Source: Vulcanimicrobiota bacterium (GTDB taxonomy: Bacteria; Vulcanimicrobiota; Xenobia; Xenobiales; JADMJV01). From it: DNA of 64,000 bases. The position numbers and the translations under genes were made by a program. Below, piece by piece: positions 9,236 to 19,500 of the stretch; the first letter of the stretch is position 1, and every line of letters begins with the position of its first letter. The stretch lies in the NCBI GenBank assembly GCA_050250895.1, contig JBFWNU010000010.1, positions 96,001-160,000 on the forward strand, in the 5' to 3' direction. The notes under the pieces are model-generated. The model was not told the origin of the DNA, did no database searches, and worked only from the letters and a program-made list of their open reading frames with translations.

Positions 9236-9337
9236 CTTCCATGATTTGGCGTCTACGGGCCGGGCACCTTCCACCTCGGTCTGTAAGTGGCAGTCTCTGC
9301 GAAGGTAAGTTGTCCTCTCGGGTCAAACTACAAATCT

Positions 9338-10084
9338 GTGAAAAAGACTTTCCTTTTGTTGACCTCTCTCCTCTTTCTCTCGATGCTGGCCTGGGCCGAT
9401 CCCGAGGACGCCTTCGAGGCCGGCAATCGAGCCCTCGAGGCCAAGAATTATCAGGAAGCTCTCGAGTTCTACCGCCAGTCGCTGGCCGAGGGCGAGACCG
9501 AGAGTACGCTCTGGAATGCCGGACTGGCCGCCTATCTGAGCGGCCAGGCCGAGGCGGCGCTGGAGTATTGGTCCAAGCTCAAGCAGTTTGCCCCTGACGA
9601 CCTGCGCCTGCGGGGCAAGCTGATCCAGGCCTATGAACTCAAGGGCGACAAGGTCAACCGCGACCGGGAGCGAGCCGAGTTAGTCGAACTCTGGCGTTCG
9701 TCTCGGGCCGACGATGACGAGCCTTTCTTCTGTCGCGATCAGTTCCAGGCTGGCGGTAACCGTGTCATGGTCTTCGAGAACTATGAACTCGAGGGCCCCC
9801 GCGCGGTCAAATACACGTTCATCGTGCTCCAGCCTGAGGTCGACGAAGAGGATTATCGCATCTCGCTGGGCTCCTACGATGTCACCAACCAGCTCGCCCA
9901 CGAACTGGGCGAGGTCGCCGAGGGTGAGCGGGCTTATCATCTCGACGGGTACTACGACGAGGGGGCCCGCCACGCAACCTTCGAGATGTTCAAGAAAGAG
10001 CCCGACTACGACACCGTCAAAGCCATGGTGGTCGAGATCCTCGAAGGCAAGCGCGAGGCCGTTTCAAGCTCCGAGCGGGGCTAA
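9338..10084 (+). CDS. Secreted tetratricopeptide repeat protein
   Basis: Signal peptide, then TPR-like AFEAGNRALEAKNYQEALEFYRQSL and WNAGLAAYLSGQAEAALEYW. Confidence 0.75.
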   Translation: MKKTFLLLTSLLFLSMLAWADPEDAFEAGNRALEAKNYQEALEFYRQSLAEGETESTLWNAGLAAYLSGQAEAALEYWSKLKQFAPDDLRLRGKLIQAYELKGDKVNRDRERAELVELWRSSRADDDEPFFCRDQFQAGGNRVMVFENYELEGPRAVKYTFIVLQPEVDEEDYRISLGSYDVTNQLAHELGEVAEGERAYHLDGYYDEGARHATFEMFKKEPDYDTVKAMVVEILEGKREAVSSSERG

Positions 10085-11055
10085 CCGCCTTCGATGGCCT
10101 CGAGCAGGCGGCGATAGTCGGGGCTGCGGGCCTTCATCTCGTCGATGAGCGGGCGCACCCGCTCGGCGAAGAGCGATTTGTCGACCTGGTGAAACTCGAC
10201 TCCCAGGGCGGCTGCCTGGGCCCGGTGGTCGGCCATGGCCTCGTCCCACAGCCGCCGCTGCACCAGCTTTGACTGCTCGGCCGCGTGAGACACCAGTTCG
10301 CGCTGGACGGGCGAAAGGCGTGACCACACGGCCGTGCTTACCACCAGTACGTCCGGGGCACAGATGTGCTCGTCTTCAGAGTAGTGCTTGGCGATCTCGC
10401 CGTGGCGGCTCAGGGTGAGGGCGGTCAGGTTGTTTTCGGCTCCGTCGATGACGTGCTGCTGCATGGCCGTGTAGATCTCGCCGTAGGCCATAGGGGCGGG
10501 CGAGCCTCCCAAAAGCTCGGTCATGCGAATGGCCGTCTGGCTGCCCATCACCCGCAGCTTGAGGCCGGCCAGGTCTTCGGGGCGCAGGATAGGACGGTCT
10601 GCGTAGAAGCTGCGGGTGCCGCTATTGTAATAGGTGAGCCCGCGGATGCGTTGCTCGACCGCCGCCTCGAGAAGTTCTTTGCCGACGGGCCCGTCGAGCA
10701 CCCGGTAGGCGTGGGTCTGGTCGCGAAAGACATAGGGAGCGTTGAGCACCCCGAAGAGGGGAGCAAACGACTCGAGCGATAGACTCGAGACCTTGGTGAA
10801 GGCCACCGCTCCCAGCTGCAACTGCTCGAGCACCTCGCGCTCGCTGCCCAGCTGGCCGTTGGGATAGACCTCGACCCGAAGCTGGCCGCCGCTCTCCTGG
10901 GTGACGCGCTGAGCGAAGTCGACCAGACCCAGGTGAACGGGGTGGGTGACATCCAGGTTGTGGGCCAGGATCAGGGTCTGGCGCTGTTGCAGCGGGCCGA
11001 GCCCCGAGAGCACGGCTACCAGCACGGCCAGGGTTACCAACCAGAAGGCTCTCAT
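10081..11055 (-). CDS. dctP: TRAP transporter substrate-binding protein (DctP family)
   Basis: VYPNGQLGSEREVLEQLQLG, GLKLRV and EIYTAMQQHVIDGAENN motifs. Confidence 0.92.
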   Translation of the reverse strand: MRAFWLVTLAVLVAVLSGLGPLQQRQTLILAHNLDVTHPVHLGLVDFAQRVTQESGGQLRVEVYPNGQLGSEREVLEQLQLGAVAFTKVSSLSLESFAPLFGVLNAPYVFRDQTHAYRVLDGPVGKELLEAAVEQRIRGLTYYNSGTRSFYADRPILRPEDLAGLKLRVMGSQTAIRMTELLGGSPAPMAYGEIYTAMQQHVIDGAENNLTALTLSRHGEIAKHYSEDEHICAPDVLVVSTAVWSRLSPVQRELVSHAAEQSKLVQRRLWDEAMADHRAQAAALGVEFHQVDKSLFAERVRPLIDEMKARSPDYRRLLEAIEGG

Positions 11056-13241
11056 ACCACCACCAGCTCGTAGTCGGGCTGATACGACCCCTCGAGACGC
11101 ACCTGGCCGGTCGAATTAAAGTGGATACGCAAGAACTGACCCTGGCGATAGTTGTAAGTCACGCCGTCGTCGTCATAGAAGGTGGTCTCGAAGGGGCCGC
11201 CTTCGAAGGCGTGCAACTCGCGCCGGCCGGGGGCCGCCAGAAATAGGGCCGAGCCGCCGCGCACCAGCAGGGGGATGCTGTCGAGGGGGGCCTCGAGGGT
11301 GACGGATTGACCGCCTGCGTAGTGGGTGCGGGTCCAGAAGTCCCACCAGCCCTGGGGGCAACTGGGTAAGAGGACGTGGCGCCGGGTGGCTCCCGGTTCC
11401 CAGACGGGGGCTATCAGCAGGTTCTCACCCCACAGAAACTCGCTGTCTTGACCGTCTTCATAGTGATAGAAGGTCGGGCGTAATACGGGAGTGTGAAAGC
11501 GGTGGGCTTCGACCATCAGGCTGTAGAGGTGGGGGAGAAAGCGCTGACGCAAAGCCAGGGCCTTTTCGATGGTGGGCCACATTTCGGGGTGCATCCAGGG
11601 CTCGGTGATGGCGGCCTCGGGCTTCCACGAGTTGACCCCAAAGCGCGGATAGAAGGCTCCCACGAAGAACCAGCGGGCCAACAGCTCGGGTTCGGGGGCC
11701 GGACCCGAGAAGCCGCCCACGTCGTGGCCCAGGTTGTAGACTCCCGACATGGACAGGCCCAGGGCCATTTTGTGGTTGTATTCGAGGGTCTCCCAGTGGG
11801 TGCGGTTGTCGCCCGACCAGGTCTGGGCATAGCGCTGCATGCCCGGGCAGCCGCAGCGCGAGATCGACCACACCCGCTGGTCGGGGTGCTGGGCCTGGGT
11901 GACCTCGTGCGAGGCCCGGGTCATCCACTGTGACATCAGAGGCCGCACCAGGCCGATGGGAATGGGCTGGCCAAAGCCGTGGCAGCGGGCCTCGTCGTCC
12001 CAGACCACGTACTCGTTGTTGTCGTTCCAGAGGGCGTCAAAGCCATAGTCGAGCAGCTGGGCTTTGGCCTGGCGCTGCCACCAGGCCACCGTGGCCGGAT
12101 TGCTAAAGTCGAGATGCGAGCCGCGGTTGTCCCAGAATTGCGACACCTCGGGCCCGTCGAGCTCGGAGTCTTGCACGAACAGGTGGCGCACCTCGTCATA
12201 GGCGGGATGGTCGGTCAAGAGCACCGGCTTGACGTTGGCGGCCAGGCGGGTGCCGTGCTCGTGAAAACGGGCGTTGAGGGCTTTGGGGTCGGGGAACTTG
12301 TCGCGGTTCCAGGTGAAGACGTAGCGCTTGCCGTCGCGGCTGGTATAACCCGAGCCGTACTTGAAGGTGGCCACCTCGAGCTGGTGCGCTCGAGCCTGGT
12401 CGAGAAACTGCTCGATGCGTTGTTGGGCCTGGGGGTGGTCGGTGTAGTGCATCGAGGTGGTAGAGTAGCCCAGCGACCATTTCGGGGGCAGGTAGGTGCG
12501 GCCCGTCAGCCAGCAGAACGAGCGGGTGACCTCGAGCAGATTATCGCCGGCGATGAAATACAGGTCGAAATCGCCGTCGGCCGCCCGGTAGGAGGTGAAG
12601 GGGCCATGGTAATTGTCGATCTCCTGGCCCAGGTCGAAAAAGCAATCGGCGAAGTTGTCATAGAACAGGCCGAAGCAGCCCTGGTCGTTTTGCTCGAGAT
12701 AGAAGGGAAAGTGCTTGTAGAGCGGGTCGGTGGTGCGAGCGTCATAGCCCATGGGATCGACGTTGCGCATCTCGAAGCGACGGCCCCGGCGGTCAAGCTC
12801 GCCGCTGCGCTCACCCAGGCCATAGAATCGACTCTCGGGGCGCAGCTGGTGGAAATGCCAGAGACGGTGGTCGCGACGGCCGAAGGCCAGGCCGCCGGTG
12901 GAACGCTCTGTGAGCACCGATTTGCCCAGATAGAACCACTCGAGTCGATAGGGGTCGGGATGGATGCGCAAGCGAACCGGTCCGGTCAGAAAGTCGTTGT
13001 CTTCTCGGTCGAACGAAACGGTGGGCAGCTCAAGGCGGGAAAGGCCCTCCCAGGGCACGCTCTCTTGCCCGCGGGCGATGGACCAGGTGCGAGCCAGGCG
13101 CAGCCGGCCGTGCTTTTGCACCACCACTCTGACGATGGTCGGAGTGAGAGCTTCAACCCTGAGTTGGTGGGCGCCGTCCAGTTGGCCAGTGAGGCCGCCG
13201 GGGCCGGTTTCGAGGCTAGTGAGACGCTCGACGAACTTCAT
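11052..13241 (-). CDS. Glycoside hydrolase family 31 (alpha-glucosidase-like)
   Basis: YGLGE, DPLYKHFPF, LPPKWSLGY, nucleophile motif WNDNNE, WSGDN and GHDVGGF; ATGA overlap with dctM. Confidence 0.93.
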   Translation of the reverse strand: MKFVERLTSLETGPGGLTGQLDGAHQLRVEALTPTIVRVVVQKHGRLRLARTWSIARGQESVPWEGLSRLELPTVSFDREDNDFLTGPVRLRIHPDPYRLEWFYLGKSVLTERSTGGLAFGRRDHRLWHFHQLRPESRFYGLGERSGELDRRGRRFEMRNVDPMGYDARTTDPLYKHFPFYLEQNDQGCFGLFYDNFADCFFDLGQEIDNYHGPFTSYRAADGDFDLYFIAGDNLLEVTRSFCWLTGRTYLPPKWSLGYSTTSMHYTDHPQAQQRIEQFLDQARAHQLEVATFKYGSGYTSRDGKRYVFTWNRDKFPDPKALNARFHEHGTRLAANVKPVLLTDHPAYDEVRHLFVQDSELDGPEVSQFWDNRGSHLDFSNPATVAWWQRQAKAQLLDYGFDALWNDNNEYVVWDDEARCHGFGQPIPIGLVRPLMSQWMTRASHEVTQAQHPDQRVWSISRCGCPGMQRYAQTWSGDNRTHWETLEYNHKMALGLSMSGVYNLGHDVGGFSGPAPEPELLARWFFVGAFYPRFGVNSWKPEAAITEPWMHPEMWPTIEKALALRQRFLPHLYSLMVEAHRFHTPVLRPTFYHYEDGQDSEFLWGENLLIAPVWEPGATRRHVLLPSCPQGWWDFWTRTHYAGGQSVTLEAPLDSIPLLVRGGSALFLAAPGRRELHAFEGGPFETTFYDDDGVTYNYRQGQFLRIHFNSTGQVRLEGSYQPDYELVVV

Positions 13242-14527
13242 AGCAAACCCCACATTCTAGGTAAGAATAGGCTCAATTCGGGAAAAAACGTGACCAGCCC
13301 CAACACGATGATGAGGACGGCGTAGATGGGCAGCAGGTGGCGCACGATGGCCGGGATCTCGACGCCGGATACGCTGCTGCCCACGAACAACAGCGAGCCC
13401 ACCGGCGGCGTGCAGATGCCGATGCACAGATTGAGGGTCATCACGATGCCGAAGTGGACGGGGTGAACGCCGAACGACTGCACGATGGGTAGAAAGAGCG
13501 GGGTAAAGATCAGCAGAGCCGGAGTCAGATCGAGGAAGGTCCCGCACACCAACAACAGAAGGTTGATCAAGAGCAGCATCACCCTGGGATTGTCACTCAC
13601 GCCGGCCAGGGCCCCGACCACCGTCTCGGGGATATTGGCCACTGCGAACACCCACGACATGGTCACGCTGGCTCCCACCAGAAAGAGGACGATGGCCGTG
13701 GTCACGGTGCTGTCGAGAAACAAGGCCGGCAAGTCGGCCCACTTGACCTCCTTGTAGGTCATGGCCAGCACCAGGGCATAGAGCACGGCGATGGCCGAGG
13801 CTTCAGAGGCGGTGAAGTAGCCTTTTAGGATGCCTCCAATGACCACCACCACCATGAAAAGGCTGGGCAGAGCCGCCAGGGTGGCTTGACCCAGCTCGGC
13901 CAGTTTGGGCCGCGGATAGGTGGGATAGTTCTCGCGCCGGGCCTTCCAGGCGGCCAGCCCCATGAGACCCAGCCCCATCAAGACGCCGGGAGCGTAACCG
14001 GCCACGAAAAGGGCCGCCACCGAAGTGCCTCCGCTCACCAGCGAAAACAGGATGAGCGCTCCCGAAGGCGGGATGATGAGGCCGGTGGGAGCGCTGGCCA
14101 CGTTGATAGCGGTGGCAAAGGCGGGGTCGTAACCCTCTTCGGTCTGCAACGGCAGCATGATCTTGCCCACCGCAGCGGCTGAAGAGACAGCCGAGCCGCT
14201 GATGGCTCCGAACATCATGTTGGCCAGGATGTTGCAGTGGGCCAGCGCCCCGGGAAAGGGGCCCATCAGCAGCTTGGCCAGGTTGACCAGGCGGCGGGCG
14301 ATGCCGCCCTGGTTCATGATGTTGCCGGCCAGGATGAAGAGCGGAATAGCCAGCAGGCCAAAGCTATCGAGCGCCGTGATCATTTTCTGGGCCAGGATCT
14401 GGGCGGCCAGATCAGTGGGAAAGCTGACCACCAGGGCGGCCAGGGAAGACAGCCCGATGGCAAACGAGACCGGCACACCCACGAACAGCAGGCCAAAGAA
14501 CGAAATGGCCAGCACCGCGATGGTCAC
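13238..14527 (-). CDS. dctM: TRAP transporter large permease (DctM)
   Basis: LLAIPLFILAGNIM, GAISGSA, IIPPS and TPPVG motifs; GTG at 14527 with AGGAG upstream. Confidence 0.93.
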   Translation of the reverse strand: MTIAVLAISFFGLLFVGVPVSFAIGLSSLAALVVSFPTDLAAQILAQKMITALDSFGLLAIPLFILAGNIMNQGGIARRLVNLAKLLMGPFPGALAHCNILANMMFGAISGSAVSSAAAVGKIMLPLQTEEGYDPAFATAINVASAPTGLIIPPSGALILFSLVSGGTSVAALFVAGYAPGVLMGLGLMGLAAWKARRENYPTYPRPKLAELGQATLAALPSLFMVVVVIGGILKGYFTASEASAIAVLYALVLAMTYKEVKWADLPALFLDSTVTTAIVLFLVGASVTMSWVFAVANIPETVVGALAGVSDNPRVMLLLINLLLLVCGTFLDLTPALLIFTPLFLPIVQSFGVHPVHFGIVMTLNLCIGICTPPVGSLLFVGSSVSGVEIPAIVRHLLPIYAVLIIVLGLVTFFPELSLFLPRMWGLL

Positions 14528-14964
14528 GACTTCTCCTGATAGTGGAAGTAGTTGCCCACCGCCAGACCCAACCCCGACAGGGGCAATACCAGATAGACCA
14601 GCCCCATCGGCAACCCCAGCACCGGCGTGGTCTGGTGCAGTTCGAAAGTCAGCATGCAAAGGCGTGCACCGCCCACCAGCAAGAAGAGCGAGAAGACCTG
14701 GCAGAGCAAGATGATCAGGCGATCGCGCTGGGATGGGTGCAGGTCGGGCCAGAGACGAATGGCGATGTGCTGGTTGTCGAGATGAGTGTAGCAGGCACCC
14801 ACCAGCCCCAGCCACATCAGCAGAATGCGGGCGATCTCTTCGCTGGCGCTGCTGGGATGGGCCAGCAGATAGCGCGAGATCACCTGCCACAGTACGACCA
14901 GGGTCAAGCCCGCGAACAGGGCTACGCAGACAAACCCCAGGCCCCGGCGCAACCGATCCTTCAC
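14524..14964 (-). CDS. dctQ: TRAP transporter small permease (DctQ)
   Basis: WQVISRY...SEEIARILLMW...HIAI with four TM segments; start position uncertain. Confidence 0.85.
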   Translation of the reverse strand: MKDRLRRGLGFVCVALFAGLTLVVLWQVISRYLLAHPSSASEEIARILLMWLGLVGACYTHLDNQHIAIRLWPDLHPSQRDRLIILLCQVFSLFLLVGGARLCMLTFELHQTTPVLGLPMGLVYLVLPLSGLGLAVGNYFHYQEKS

Positions 14965-15033
14965 GCCCAAGGATGCAACTCGCGGGGGAGAATCCCTTTT
15001 GACATCACGCATCATTCTTGTTATCATCAGATG

Positions 15034-15264
15034 GTGCCACGCACCACCGTCAACATCGACCAGCCAATTCTTGACGAGTTGAAGCTGCTTCAGAAGAAGA
15101 CAGGCAAGTCATTGGGACAGTTGATGAGCCAGCTTCTAGCCCAGGCTCTCGCCCAACAAGAACAGCCCGAGTCGCCAGCCTTTGAGTGGGAGGCTCAGGC
15201 GATGGGGCAGCCCCTTGTGCCTCTCGAAGACAAGGAACGCCTTTATCGAGTGTTGGACAGTTGA
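15034..15264 (+). CDS. vapB: VapB-like RHH antitoxin
   Basis: PRTTVNID...LDELK...KSLGQLMSQLL ribbon-helix-helix pattern, directly upstream of a PIN gene. GTG 15034 lies 6 nt after TG-T-TATCAT; ATG 15031 is an alternative start. Confidence 0.8.
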   Translation: MPRTTVNIDQPILDELKLLQKKTGKSLGQLMSQLLAQALAQQEQPESPAFEWEAQAMGQPLVPLEDKERLYRVLDS

Positions 15265-15692
15265 GCTACTCGCTTGACGTCAACCTGCTGCTGTACGCTT
15301 CGAATTCGGCCGACCTGAACTACGCCGCGGCCTCAAGCTTCCTGCGAGACTGCCTCGACAATCCAGAACTGCTGGTGCTGGGATACCCGACCGTGATGGC
15401 CTATCTCCGCATCGCCACTCATTCTGGCATCTTTCCCAGGCCGCTCGAGCCGGCTCAAGCCCTGGCCAACATCGAGAGTCTGGCTGCCCGTCGACAGGTT
15501 CGTCTGGTCTCGGAGCGAGAGGGTTTTCTCGATACCTATCGCCACCTGACCGGCGAGTTTCCGGTGCGAGGCAACCTCGTGCCCGACGCCCACCTGGCGG
15601 CCCTGCTCTATCAACACGGAGTCAAGCTGCTGTACACGAAAGATGCCGACTTCCGCAAATTCGACTTTCTTACCGTGAAGAGCCCCTTCTAA
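15261..15692 (+). CDS. vapC: VapC PIN-domain ribonuclease toxin
   Basis: LDVNLLLYA, GNLVPDAHLAAL and TKDADFRKF; TTG overlaps the antitoxin stop codon. Confidence 0.9.
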   Translation: MSYSLDVNLLLYASNSADLNYAAASSFLRDCLDNPELLVLGYPTVMAYLRIATHSGIFPRPLEPAQALANIESLAARRQVRLVSEREGFLDTYRHLTGEFPVRGNLVPDAHLAALLYQHGVKLLYTKDADFRKFDFLTVKSPF

Positions 15693-15819
15693 CCGCTGGC
15701 TAACCCGGCCAGATTACTATTCGCTCCATTCAGGCCAGCAGTGTTTTAACGGACCATGTGACGATCCCGTGACGGCGGTTTGACGAGGCCGTGCTCTACT
15801 GGCCGCTGCAGGAGGTTCT

Positions 15820-16497
15820 ATGTGCTCTTTTCGAAGGGCCCGGTCGGCACGCCAGCTGATGACCGGGCTAGCGACGCTATGCGTCTTGCTGGTTCTGACC
15901 GTTCCGGTCGAAAGTCGCCAGATTATCCTCGAATTCCAAAGTGAACACGGCGACTCTTATAGTTACGACTCCAACCGACCCGTTCCCATCGCCCTTCCGG
16001 GCGGAAAGCTCCAGTTTCAGGCCTCGGTGGCCGACGACGGACTCCTTTCGATTCAGTGGGATGTCAGCGGCTCGCAGCAGCTGCGACCGCTGAGTCCCCG
16101 ATTGCTCGAGCTTCGGCCGGGGGCGCCCCCGCAGCAGGTCGACTTCTGGCTCGGCCCCCAGCGGCACACGCTCCACCTGGTGAAAGCCTATGTGGAGCGC
16201 GTGGCTCAAGTCGCGCCCGAGACTCCGACCGACCCCGATACTCTCTGTCGCCACTGCCATGGCTCCAAAGTGTGCCAGGGCTGTCAGGGCAGCGGGGTGG
16301 TGGTTTGCAGCAGTTGCCGGGGAACCAAGACCTGTTCGGCCTGTGCCGGGGCGGGCTGCGGTTTCTGCACGCCCTTTAACCCGGCCAGCAAATCGGGCAA
16401 GTGCTCTGTCTGTCAATGGCAGGGCTATACCGCCGTGTGCTCGATTTGCACCGGCTCGAAGAAGTGCTTCTACTGTGGAGGTACGGGTCTGCGCTAG
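15820..16497 (+). CDS. Signal-peptide protein with a C-terminal DnaJ-like CxxCxG zinc-finger array
   Basis: AGGAGG RBS; hydrophobic N-region; eight CxxC motifs from CRHCHG to CFYCGGTG. Confidence 0.75.
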   Translation: MCSFRRARSARQLMTGLATLCVLLVLTVPVESRQIILEFQSEHGDSYSYDSNRPVPIALPGGKLQFQASVADDGLLSIQWDVSGSQQLRPLSPRLLELRPGAPPQQVDFWLGPQRHTLHLVKAYVERVAQVAPETPTDPDTLCRHCHGSKVCQGCQGSGVVVCSSCRGTKTCSACAGAGCGFCTPFNPASKSGKCSVCQWQGYTAVCSICTGSKKCFYCGGTGLR

Positions 16498-16535
16498 AAA
16501 GGCCAAAGCCACGGTTTGCAAGAAACCCGGTAGCG

Positions 16536-19500
16536 TTGAGTGACGCGTCGAAGCTGGATTTTTTGCGCGGAGGCGGCCAGATGGCCGAACTCATCGCTGG
16601 CATGGACTGGTCCCAGCACCCTCTGGGGCCCCCCGAGAAGTGGCCTCAGAGTCTGCAGACGGCCCTGAGTATCTGTTTGCATTCGCGTCAGTCATTGATT
16701 ATCTGGTGGGGTCCCGAGCTGCGCATCCTTTACAACGACGCCTTTCGGATTATCTGTGGTGACAAGCATCCCGAATCGATGGGCAGCCCGGGTCGTCTGG
16801 TCTGGCCGGAGATCTGGCATATTATTGGGCCCATGCTCCAAAGTGTGCTGGCCGGCGGACCGGCCACCTGGGAGCATGACCAGTTGCTGGTGCTCAATCG
16901 CCATGACTTTCTCGAAGAGGCTTACTTCACCTATTCGTATAGCGCCATCCGAGACGAGACTGGCAGGGTCGGAGGCGTGTTCACCGCCACGACCGAGACG
17001 ACCGAGCGGGTGCTGCGAGCCCGCCGGTTGTCGACCCTAAAAGAACTGGGGCGTTTGCCGGCCCGCGCCTCCACCTTTGAGGCCTGCCAGGCAGCCATGG
17101 GCATTCTGGCCTCGAATCCCCTCGATCTTCCCTTTGCTCAGATCTACGTTCCGCTCGGGGCAGATTTCCAGATGTTGGCCTGGACCGGCTATGCTGGCGG
17201 TCCCTGGCCGCTCGGTGAAGCCATGGAGCTGACCGGCCCCCTGAAGATGGCCTTTCGGCCGCCCTGTCCTATCGGGCCCTGGCCCGAGCCGCCCAACGAA
17301 GTCGTGGTCTTGCCCATCCTGCGCTCCAGCGACGCCGAGGCCCTGGGGCTGCTGGTGGCGGGCGTTAGCCCCTGCCTGACTCTGACCGAGGACTATGAGG
17401 ATTTCCTCAATCTGGTGGCCGGTCACCTGGGCGTGGCCATCGTGAACGCTCGGGCCTACGAAGAGGAGCGGGCCAGAGCCGAAGCTCTAGCCGAGCTGGA
17501 TCGGGCCAAGACGGTGTTTTTCAGCAACATCAGTCACGAACTGCGCACCCCACTGGCCTTGATGCTCGGCCCACTGCAAGAGGTCCTGGGCCAACCGAAC
17601 CTGGCCCCAGAGCTGCAACAACAATTGACCGTCAGTGAGCGCAACGGACTGCGACTGCTCAAGTTGGTGAATTCTCTGCTCGACTTCTCGAGGCTCGAGG
17701 CGGGGCGTCTCAACGCAGCCTTCCAACCCACCGATCTGTCGGCCCTCACCATCGATTTGGCCAGCAACTTCCGTTCCGCCATGGACCGGGCCGGCCTCGA
17801 GTTCACGGTCGACTGCCCCCCGCTGGCCGAATTGGTCTTCGTCGACCACGACATGTGGGAGAAGATCGTCTTGAACCTGCTCTCGAACGCCCTGAAGTTC
17901 ACCTTCCAGGGAGCTGTCTGGTTGCGACTCGTCGCGCAGACCGACGGCGTCCGGCTGACCGTCAGTGACACCGGCACCGGGATACCCGAGCACGAACTGC
18001 CTCATGTGTTCGAGCGATTTCATCGGGCTCCGGTCGGTCGTGGTCGCAGTATCGAGGGCAGCGGCATCGGCCTGGCGCTGGTGGCCGAACTGGTCCGCCT
18101 CCACGGTGGAACCATCGAGATCGACAGTGAGTTCGAGGTGGGCACTACCCTGAGTGTGCGCATTCCTTTCGGCCTCGACCATTTGCCGCCAGAGCAAGTC
18201 CATCGCGAGCCAATTCCCACCGCCTCGGCGGCTCGGCAGTTTGTGGAAGAGGCCATGCGTTGGCTGCCAGCCGACGATAAGCCCAGCCAGGGCTCGCGCG
18301 GTCGGATCCTATTGGCCGACGATAACGCCGATATGCGCGACTATGTCAAGCGGTTGCTCGGCCGACAAGATTACGCGGTCGAGACGGTCATCGACGGACA
18401 GGTGGCGTTGGAGCGGGCCCGTCGCGATCCGCCCGACCTGATTTTGTCAGACGTGATGATGCCTCGTTTGGACGGCTTCGACCTGCTGGCCGCCCTCAAG
18501 GGCGACGCCCGCACCCGCCATATCCCGGTCATTTTGCTCTCGGCCCGGGCCGGTGACGAGGCGCGCCTTCAGGGCCTCTCGGCCGGGGCTGACGACTATC
18601 TGGTCAAGCCGTTCACGGCCAAAGAGTTGCCGGCCCGGGTGGCCGCCGTGCTCGAGACCGCTCGGCTCAACCGGCAAGTGCAGGAGCGTCTGGAGCTTGA
18701 GTTGGCGGCCCGCACCTCGGCCCTGGTTGCCTCCCAAGAGCGCTATCGCTCCCTGGTCGAGAGTTCGCCGGCGGTCATCTTTAGTTGTCAGGCCGGGCCG
18801 CCGTTTCAGGTTCTGTTCGTCAGCCCCCCGGTACTGGACCTGACGGGTTACCCCCCCGACGAGTTCCTGGAGCGGGGCCGCACCTGGGATCAGGTGATTC
18901 ACCCCGAGGACCGGTCGATCGTCTTTGCCGAGGTCGAGGCAGCCGCCCGCGATCGGCTTCCGTTCGAGTTCGAGACTCGCGTACTGCACCGGTGTCACGA
19001 GCCGCGCCAGGTGTTGGTGCGCGGGCGTATGACCGCCCATAGCGAGGGTGAACTGCGGTTGGAAGGCATCGCCCTCGACATCACCGCGGCCCGCCGGACC
19101 GAAGAGGCCGAGCAGGCCCGCCGCCAGGCCGAAGCCGCCAATCAGGCCAAGAGCGCGTTCCTGGCCAACCTCAGCCACGAGCTACGGACTCCCCTCAACG
19201 GCATTGTCGGAATGGCGGGCCTGCTGGCCGATAGCCAGTTGAGCGCCGACCAGTCAGAGTATGTAGAGACCATCCGAGCCTGCAGCCGGGTGCTGCTCGA
19301 CACCATTTCGGATGTGCTCGATGTCTCGAAGATTGAAGCCGGCAAGTTCGAACTCGAATCGCGAGTGTTCATCATCAGCAGCCTCTTCCAGGACGCCCTC
19401 GACGCCGTCAAAGCCATCGCCGCGACCAAAGGCTTGAGCCTCGATTTGCACTGGGACGCCGCTTTGCCTGAGGCCGGTCTCGGCGACCCGGTTCGGCTTC

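Noticed and set aside
11052-13241. Sulfoquinovosidase (YihQ) assignment
   Set aside because: The nucleophile motif is WNDNNE rather than the YihQ-type MADFGE, and there are no sulfoglycolysis genes nearby.
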